Below, one piece after another: positions 52,315 through 64,000 of a stretch of DNA of 64,000 nt. This stretch comes from the human T2T-CHM13v2.0 reference genome, Homo sapiens: assembly GCF_009914755.1 (NCBI RefSeq), contig NC_060938.1; one strand, written 5' to 3'. Position 1 is the stretch's first letter, and each line of letters begins with the position of its first letter. The notes under the pieces are model-generated. The model was given only the letters and a program-made list of their open reading frames with translations. It ran no database searches and was not told the origin of the DNA. Position numbers and translations under genes: made by a program.

Positions 52315-54182
52315 AGGTTGGAAGAGTTTGGAGGGCTCAGAAGAAGACAGGATGATGAGGGAAAATTTGGAGCTTTTTAGATACTGAGTAAATGGTTGTG
52401 ACCAAAATACTGAGAGATATAGCCAGTGAAGGCCAGGCTGATGAGGTTCAGATGGAAATGAGTAAGTTACTGAGAACTGGATTAAAGTCACTTGTGTTAT
52501 GCCCTAGCATAGAACTTGGCTGCATTGTGTTCATGTCCTTATAATCTATGGAAGTTTGAACATAAGAGTAATGACCTAGGGTATCAGATGCAAGAAATTT
52601 TTAAGCAGCAAAGCATTCAAGAAGTGGCATGTAGCCAGGCATGGTAGCTCACATCTGTAATCCCAGCACTTTGGGAGGCCAAGGCTGAAGTATTGCTTGA
52701 GCCCAGGAGTTCAGCCTGCGTAAACAGTGAGACACCGTCTCTACAAAAGATTTAAAAATCAGCCAGACATGGCAGTGCATGCCTGTGGTCCCAGCCACTC
52801 AGGAGACTGAGTGAGACAGGAGGATCAATTGAGCCTGGGAGGTCAAGGCTGCAGTGAGCCATGATCATTCCACTGCACTCCAGCCTGGGTGACAGAGCGA
52901 GACTCTGTCTCAAAAAAAAAATTTTTTTTAGGAAAAAATAAATATAGGAGTGATGTGGCTGCTTCCAACAGTCTAAATCAGATGCAGGAGAAAAGGAATG
53001 ACTTAAAGTTGGAACTTATATTTAAAAGGGAAGCAGAGCATGGAAGTTTGGAAAATTTGCAAACTGGCCCTGTGGCAGATAAATAAAAATCATTTTCAGG
53101 CAAGAAATATAAGCAGGCTGCAGAGCAAGCACTTGCTAAACAGATTGGCACAACTAAAAGGGAGCCAAGTGCTAATATCTAAGACAATGGGGAAAAGGCC
53201 TTGAAGGTATTTCAGAAATCTTGGAGAAACCCTCTCCTATTATAGACCCAGAAGCCTAGGAGGAAAGAATGGTTTTAGGGGGCAGGCCCAGAATGCAGCT
53301 GCTCTGCTCTGCCTCAGGAGGCTGCTCCCCGCATTCCAGTTACTTCAGCTCCAGCCTCAACTCACAGGAGCCCAGGTACAGCTTGGGCTACCACTCCAGA
53401 GGGTGCAAGCTATAAGCTTTGGTGCTTCCACATGGTGTTAAGCCTGCAGGCTCACAGAGTGCAAAAGTAAAGGAGGCTGCCAGCTTCCTGCTGGATTTCA
53501 AAGGATGTTCCAGAAAGCCTGAGTGTCCAGGCAAAAGCCTCCTGCAGGGGCAGAGCCCTTATGGAGAACCTCTACTAGGGCAGCACCAAGGGGAAAGGTG
53601 GGGTTGGAGCCCCACACAGAGTCCCTACCAGGGCACTGGCTAGTGGAGCTGTGAGAAGGGGTCTGCTGCCCTCCAGATCGCAGGATGGTAGAGACATGGG
53701 CAGCTTGCATCCTGAGTCTGGAAAAGCCACAGGCACTCAACCTCAATCTGTGAGAGCAGACACGGAGGCTGCACTCTGTAAAGCCACAGAGGCAAGGATG
53801 CTTGAGGCCTTGGGAGCCCTCCCCCTGCACCAGTGTGTTCTGGATACAAGACATGGAGTCAAGGATCATTTGGGAACTTTGAGGTTTAATGTCTTCCTTG
53901 TTGAGTTTCAGACATGCATGGAGCCTTCAGCCTCTTTCTTTTGGCCAATTTCTCCCTTTTGGAATGACAATGTTTACCCAATGCCTGTACTGCCATTTTA
54001 TCTTGGGAGTAAATAACTTGATTTGATTGTACAGCCAAAGAGATGGAAGGAGATGAGACTCAGATGAGACAGGACTTTGGACTTGATGCTGGAATGAGTT
54101 AAGACTTTTGAAGACTAGTGGCAGGGAATGATTGTATTTTGCAATGTGAGAAGAACGTGATATTTAGGGGGCCGGGATGGAA
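52315..54182 (+). mobile_element. MaLR (MST/THE1-type) internal sequence with nested AluJ (52633-52920)
   Basis: ggaagagtttggagggctcagaagaagacagg; gagcccccacacagagtccc-like and tacccaatgcctgtac motifs; purine-rich tract before the LTR. Confidence 0.85.
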
Positions 54183-54607
54183 TAATATGGTTTGGATGTC
54201 TGTTTCCTCCAAATGTCATGTCAAAATGTAATCCCCAGTGTTGGAGGTGGGGCCTGGTGGGAGTCCCCACCACTGTGTGGGGGTGGATCCCTCATAAGTG
54301 GCTTAGTGCCGTCTCCTTGGTGATAAGTGAGTTCTCCCTCTGAGTTCCTATGAGATCTGGTTGTTTGAAAGTGTGTGACACCTCCACCCTCTCTCTCTTG
54401 CTCCACTTTCACCATGGAATATGCCTGCTCCCCCTTTACATTCCACCATGGTTGAAAGCATCCTGAGGCCTCACTAGAAGCTGAGCAGATGCCAGTGCCG
54501 TGCTTCCTGTACAGCCTGCAGAACAGTGAGCCAACTCAACCTCTTTCCTTTATAAATTGCCCAGGCTCAGGTATTTCTTTATAGCAATGCAATAATGGAT
54601 GAACACA
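54183..54607 (+). mobile_element. MST-type MaLR 3' LTR
   Basis: tatggtttggatgtctg...aatccccagtgttggaggtggggcctggtgggag...ctcaggtatttctttatagcaatgc...aca. Confidence 0.85.
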
Positions 54608-57230
<2,623 letters not shown>

Positions 57231-57317
57231 GATTGGTCCCCATCCCTCTGTAGCCTTCTCTCTGCTGCTCCCACTGTGGCACCAGCATTGTTCACTCCCA
57301 TGAGTTATGGCTGATAG

Positions 57318-57485
57318 CTGTGCTTCTCAAACTCCCCCAAGCAAACAAATCACCTGAACAGCTTGAAAAGTTGCAGATTCTGGGTGAGTAGACCTGGGCT
57401 GGGGTCCAAGATTCTGCACTTCTAACAAGCACCCAGGAGCAGCTGCTGCTGGTGAGTCTTTGGACCACACTTTGAGTAGTGAGGA
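57318..57485. mobile_element. MER5A-like MITE
   Basis: gcttctcaaact...tctgcacttctaacaagcacccagg...gaccacactttgagtag. Confidence 0.75.
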
Positions 57486-57669
57486 CTTAGAATCTCACCC
57501 TCCTACCTCTTCACCTTTGTTCCCACGAGTTCTTTCTTTTCCAGCTTGAATTGCTTTTCCCATCCCGCGCATTTGTCTTGGCTGTGCCTATCCATATCCC
57601 ACCTTTTCTAATCCCTCCTTTTCCAGCAGATGACAACTGATATTAATGATCATGATGAATGACAACAAC

Positions 57670-57845
57670 AACAATCACTTGTGAGACCTTACTAGCTGCC
57701 AGGGACTATGCTGCATGCTTCAAAAGGATTATTGTGTTTAATCCTCTTAACAGCCCTATGAGGTCAATACTAATATTGCTCCCAGTTTACAGATGAAGAA
57801 ACTGAGGTATAGGGAGGTTAAGTATTTGCCCAAGGTCATATAGGC
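57670..57845 (-). mobile_element. MIR
   Basis: tttacagatgaagaaactgagg...ttaagtatttgcccaaggtca. Confidence 0.8.
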
Positions 57846-57902
57846 TCAGCCATCTGGATGCTTCCCTTGGCTCCAGTTGCTGACAACCTTATGGTAACAG
57901 TC

Positions 57903-57904
<2 letters not shown>

Positions 57905-57940
<36 letters not shown>
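57905..57940. repeat. (TG)18 microsatellite
   Basis: Direct read. Confidence 0.95.
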
Positions 57941-57941
<1 letters not shown>

Positions 57942-58998
57942 ACTTGTACACTGGCACATTTTCACTTTCCACCAAGATTACACTGTCCCTGAGGGTAGAG
58001 ACAAAATAATTCTCTTTCTCTCTTCCCTTTGTCTTTATCTCCCTGCCTCTTTCTCTCTATCTCTCTCCCTCTCTTCCCAACTACAGCCTTTGCCAAAGCA
58101 AGGCCTCTTCTTCAAAATAGGACACACCCCTCCCAGCCTCATCTGTGACCAGGGCACAGGGTGCCACTCTCCCCTCCCACAGGCTCAGGCTGGGCATCCC
58201 CCAGCTCGAAGCTCCCTGCTCTTGCCCTGTGACCCCCAGTAGCCACTCTCTTCCCTTGCCCTGGTTCAGCTGATCCCTATTCCCCGATGGCTCCTTCCAG
58301 TCTAGTCTCCCCATCCCAGGGAGTCTGGAGTCTGGGCAGTGGCCTGGACCCCTTGAGAAAGTTGCCCTACTCCCTCCCCAAACACACCTCAACAACCCCC
58401 TTAGATCCTGGTCACTGCTATTTCCTGCCCACCCCCCTCCGCCCCCCGTCCTGCAGGCTCTGTGAGGGCAGGGACCAGGCCTGTCTTGTCACAGCTGTGT
58501 CACCAGTGCCTGGCATTTAGTCACAGTAGGTGGGTGAAGGAGGGGCTCTCCCAGCCTGGCCTGGGCTGGGCAGAGCATCTTCAGCCCACCCAAGTAATCT
58601 TGCACCCATTCGGTCTCTGTTACCCTCCCGCCTAAGCCCAGAAGCCCACAGGCCCGGGACTTGCTGTCCTCAGACCTAGGATACTTCCCACTCCAAGCCC
58701 CAAATCCTACCCTGCCGTTCCCAGCCCTTCTCCAGCACCCCTCCCTCTTCACAAAGGCTGCTTGGCGGTTTCTCTCCGCCCTCCCCAAGACTGCTCTTGG
58801 GAGGGTATGTTGCTTTCCCAGACAAGCTCAGCGATGCAATTTCTCCTCCTAAGAGGTTAGGCTAATTGCTCTTCCCAGAAGAAAATCCTCAGAGGTTTTC
58901 CTTGTGGTGGACTGGAAGGTTTGAAAATTATATGTTCAGGGCAACATCGGGTTACTATATTAAATCCAGTTTCACGGATCGCGGCCACGGGGAGCACA

Positions 58999-59015
58999 AG
59001 CGCCACCTGCTGGCC
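58999..59015 (-). promoter_or_regulatory. CTCF motif (GGCCAGCAGGTGGCGCT)
   Basis: Perfect core match inside a small CpG-retaining patch (58945-59115). Confidence 0.75.
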
Positions 59016-59134
59016 CACAGCGAGATTCCAAGAGAGGACGAGACCTGAGCACAACCAGCTCAAGACGCACAGTCCCCGGTCACCGTCAATCAAGTGTCCG
59101 GTCCTCCATTTCGCTTTGGTTTTTCTCATTGTTG

Positions 59135-59950
59135 GAGTTTTTTTTTTTATTGATACATCATAGTTATACATATTTTGGGGGTGTCTGTGATTTTTTAAAT
59201 TTAATTTATTTCTTATTCTGTTTCTTCCCCCCACCCCTCTTCTTTTGGGACAGGATCCCCATCTGTGGCCCAAGCTGGTCTCAAACTCCCGGCCTCAAGC
59301 TATTCTCCCACCTCAGCCTCCCAAAGTACTGGGGTCACAGGCGTGATCCCCACGCCCAGCCTCAGGTGATATTTTTATTACATGTGTACAACATGTAAAG
59401 AGAAAATCAGACACCCATCACCCCAAACATTTATATCTACTTTGTGTCAGAAACATTATAAGTCTTCTAGCTATTTTGAAATATACAATACATTATTGTT
59501 AACTATAATTCCCCTGCAGTAGTATCAACTACTAGATCTTATTCCCTCTGTCTAGCTGTATGTTTGTACCCATTAGCCAACCTCTCTTCATCTTCCCCAG
59601 CCCCCTTCCCAGCCTCTGTTAACTATCATTCAACCCTCTAGCTCCATGAGATCCACTTTTGTTTTTAGCTTCCACATGACTGAAAATATGTGGCATTTGT
59701 CTTTCTGTGCCTGGCTTATTTCACATAACATGATGACCTCCATTCCACCCATGTTGCTGCAAATGACAGGATTTTATCATTTTTTATAGCTAAATAATAT
59801 TCCATTGTGTATATACGTCACATTTTCTTTCTTTATTCATCCATTGATGGACACTTATGTTGATCTGTATCTTGGCCATCAGGAATAGTGCTGCAGTAAA
59901 CAGGAGGGCAAATATCTCTTCAATATACTTATTCCCTTTCTTTTGGATAT
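59135..59950 (-). mobile_element. L1 3' end (L1MA-like) with Alu monomer at ~59240-59361
   Basis: tattgatacatcatagttatacatattttgggg...gcctggcttatttcac. Confidence 0.85.

Positions 59951-59952
<2 letters not shown>

Positions 59953-59985
<33 letters not shown>
59953..59985. repeat. (GT)16 microsatellite
   Basis: Direct read. Confidence 0.95.
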
Positions 59986-59988
<3 letters not shown>

Positions 59989-60107
59989 CCAGCAGGTTTT
60001 TCTCATTTTAAAAACTCCATAGAAATAGTGATGTCTAATGTACTAACTCTTACATATGTAAATTGTGTGGTTTCCAGGGATACAGAGACTTAACAAATAG
60101 CAGACAT

Positions 60108-60413
<306 letters not shown>

Positions 60414-60547
60414 TTATAAACATTAGGAAAAAAATTTGTGTTTGTATACACACACATACATACATACAAATGCACAAAGATACCTCTACCACTTCTTCTC
60501 TTCTTATCATTATTATTCTTTTTTTTTTTTCTTTTAAGACAGTGTCA

Positions 60548-61172
<625 letters not shown>

Positions 61173-61603
61173 TAAAGTCCTAGTTGAACAAATGGTTTTT
61201 TTCAAACACTAATGTAGGAATGTTAATTAGAAGTAATTTTAAGTCTTTTAAATTATAAAAGCACATATTCATTAATGCAGCAATTCCTTCACTGGTAACG
61301 AACCCTACAGATACATTCATGTTCATGGGTGTAAAGATGTATGTACAGGGATTCCTCTGAAGCCCAGTTAATAGTAGCAAAAAAACTGGGACTCACCAGT
61401 AGGGCACTAGTTAGATAAAGGATGGTGCATCCATGTGATGGAAAACCAGCAAACCACTGAAAACGATGACAGAGATCCATACTCACTTATGCGGAACCAT
61501 CTCCAAGAGGCAGTGTTGAGTGAGAAAGCACCATGGGAGTGTCTGGACTGTGGTGATGGTTGCACAACTGTATAAATTAACCTTGAAAATCACTGAACTG
61601 AAT

Positions 61604-61885
<282 letters not shown>

Positions 61886-62689
61886 CACAAATCACTGAAC
61901 TATACTCTTTAAATGAGGGGATTTTATAGTATGTGAATTATACATTAATAAAACGTTTTTAAAAGATCATAAAAAAGTATGTAACTTATTCTCTTCTATA
62001 AAACTAAATTAAAAATACACACATAGGTTGGTATATGCATGGTAACATTCTGGTGATTATTTCTTGGGGAGGGGAAAGGTTTATTACATACACTGTACAA
62101 TATATATTTTTTTTTACCATAGCAGGTACACTTGTTCAATAATTTTTAATAGTTGCATTTATCCTTTCATAGAATATCCATTACAATAGTTTCCACAGCA
62201 GTAATTGACCCAGGGATTTAAGTAGAATAAGAAATGCCTTTAATATTTTAACAACTTGAAGAAACGAGGAATTTTTTCTTCACCAAAAGGCATAGGTTTT
62301 ACACACAAGGAACTTATGTCTTTATAAATCTAATTTAAAGAAAACATTTCTTCCATGATGATAAGACCTAGAATAGACACACAAATGGTGGAGTTTTTTA
62401 CTGCTGATAAAAATAATAACTGTTTGTTATAGAAATTTTAAAAGAGAAAAATATAAAAAGAAGAAAACAACAATCACCTATACCCCACCCGATTACAGCA
62501 ACTGCAGACATGTTGGTGTATTTTCGGCCAGTTACTATGTGTACACAATTTTCTGTTTTACAATGTTATGAACCCACTACAAATGATTATGTATTTTCTT
62601 TTTTTTCCATCAATTCCCATATCATGCAAATTTTCCCATGTTCTTAAAATGTTATTCAAGAACATGATAGTACATCCTATGGTCATTTT

Positions 62690-62691
62690 AC

Positions 62692-62734
<43 letters not shown>

Positions 62735-63022
62735 TTTTTTGAGACAGAGTCTTACTCTGTCACCCAGGCTAGAGTGCAACAGCGCAATCTTGGCTCACTG
62801 CAACCTCCGTCTCCCAGGTTCAAGCTATTCTCCTGCCTCAGCCTCCTGAGTAGCTGGGATTACAGGCACCTGCCACCACACCTGGCTAATTTTTGTATTT
62901 TTAGTAAAGACGGAGTTTCGCCACATTGGCCAGGCTAGTCTCGAACTCCTGACCTCAGGTGATCTGCCCACCTCGGCATCCCAAACTGCTGGGATTACAG
63001 GCGTGAGCCACCGCGCCCGGCC
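62690..63022 (-). mobile_element. AluS with (TTTA)n tail
   Basis: Full dimer; TSD gtcatttta / gtcacattta. Confidence 0.95.
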
Positions 63023-63409
63023 TGTAGTCACATTTATTGAATGCACTACCTGCTAAGCACAAAGCACTCTACTAGGCACTTTATATATATTATTTCACTT
63101 ATTTTTCACATTGAGACAGGTATTATCTCCATTTTACCTATAGGAAGCTGAGGCTAGGACCCTTGCTCATCGACTGTCTCCCAGAGAGTTAGTGCCAAAG
63201 CAGGAGCTGAAAATCAGGTCTGTCTGATTCCAAAACCCACACTCTTCCATTAACAAGGAGAAAAGAAGGGCTGTGGTACATTTGCCAAAGAAAACCACTT
63301 TTCTAGTTGTCCAAGTGCCAAGGGCCACAGTCCACAGTCAGGGTTTCAGAATAAACTGAGAGTCCTTGAATGGATCAATAGGTTTTGAAATGCAAATATA
63401 ACTTTTTCA

Positions 63410-63697
63410 ATTTTTTATTTTTTAGAGACAGGGTCTCACTCTGTCACTCAGGCTGGAGTGCAGTGACACAGTTATGGCTCACTGAAGTTTTGACCTCCTA
63501 GGTTCAAGGGCTCCTCTCACCTCAGCCTCCCAAGTAGCTGGGACTGCAGGTGCTGCCACCACACCCAGCTAATTTTTATTTTTAGTAGAGACAAGGTCTC
63601 ACTATGTTGACCAGGCTGGTCTCAAACTCCTGGCCTTAAACAGTCCTCTCACTCAGCCTCCCAAAGTGCCTAGATTGCAGGCATGAGCCACTGCACC
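63410..63697 (-). mobile_element. AluJ
   Basis: Diverged dimer; TSD tgaaatg(c/t)aaatata. Confidence 0.9.
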
Positions 63698-63910
63698 TAA
63701 TCTGAAATGTAAATATAGCTTCCATACAGAAAAAAAAAAAAAAAAAAAAAAAAAAACACACAACTATCAAACATTTAGCCAGAATATCTCAAAACGACAG
63801 CAACAACAAATTTTTGGAAACAGATTTCTGATTCATAGCTATCAGCATTACTTTAAAAGTGTGGCCAAAAGCAAGCACATACATGTGTTATATATTGAAG
63901 GAAAACACAG

Positions 63911-64000
63911 CTGGGCATGGTGGCTCATGCCTATAATCCCAGCACTTTGGGAAGCTGAGGTGGGAGGGCCACTTTATGCCAGGAGTTTGAGACCAGCCTG
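63911..64000 (+). mobile_element. Alu (truncated by window end)
   Basis: Alu 5' end. Confidence 0.9.

Overview
Human (primate) genomic DNA containing the complete two-exon ZFP36L1 gene (BRF1/TIS11b, a tandem CCCH zinc-finger ARE-binding mRNA-decay factor; chr14q24.1 from prior knowledge) on the minus strand. Coding exon 1 is 7746-7802, the intron is 5356-7745, coding exon 2 is 4396-5355 (338 aa in total), and the ~1.85 kb 3'UTR ends near the AATAAA at 2546-2551. A TATA promoter and a large CpG-island complex (~7.0-11.2 kb) follow, with candidate alternative first exons. The remaining ~52 kb is gene-free upstream DNA: an L1/Alu/MER44 block (12.7-19.9 kb), a repeat-poor enhancer-like zone (20-40 kb) with an orphan CpG island at ~31.1-31.75 kb, and a dense nested L1/Alu/MaLR block (40.2-64 kb). 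I find no credible new protein-coding gene or multi-gene system; almost all other ORFs in the track are Alu, L1 or GC-rich shadows. The best candidates for something undescribed are a duplicated stem-loop module in the ZFP36L1 3'UTR, an in-frame upstream alternative exon, a co-oriented set of CTCF motifs, the orphan CpG island with a YY1/Kozak ATG, a perfect 40-bp minisatellite, and several DNA-repair scars (templated insertion, micro-inversion) in the repeats. Repeat subfamily names and boundaries were judged by eye and are approximate.
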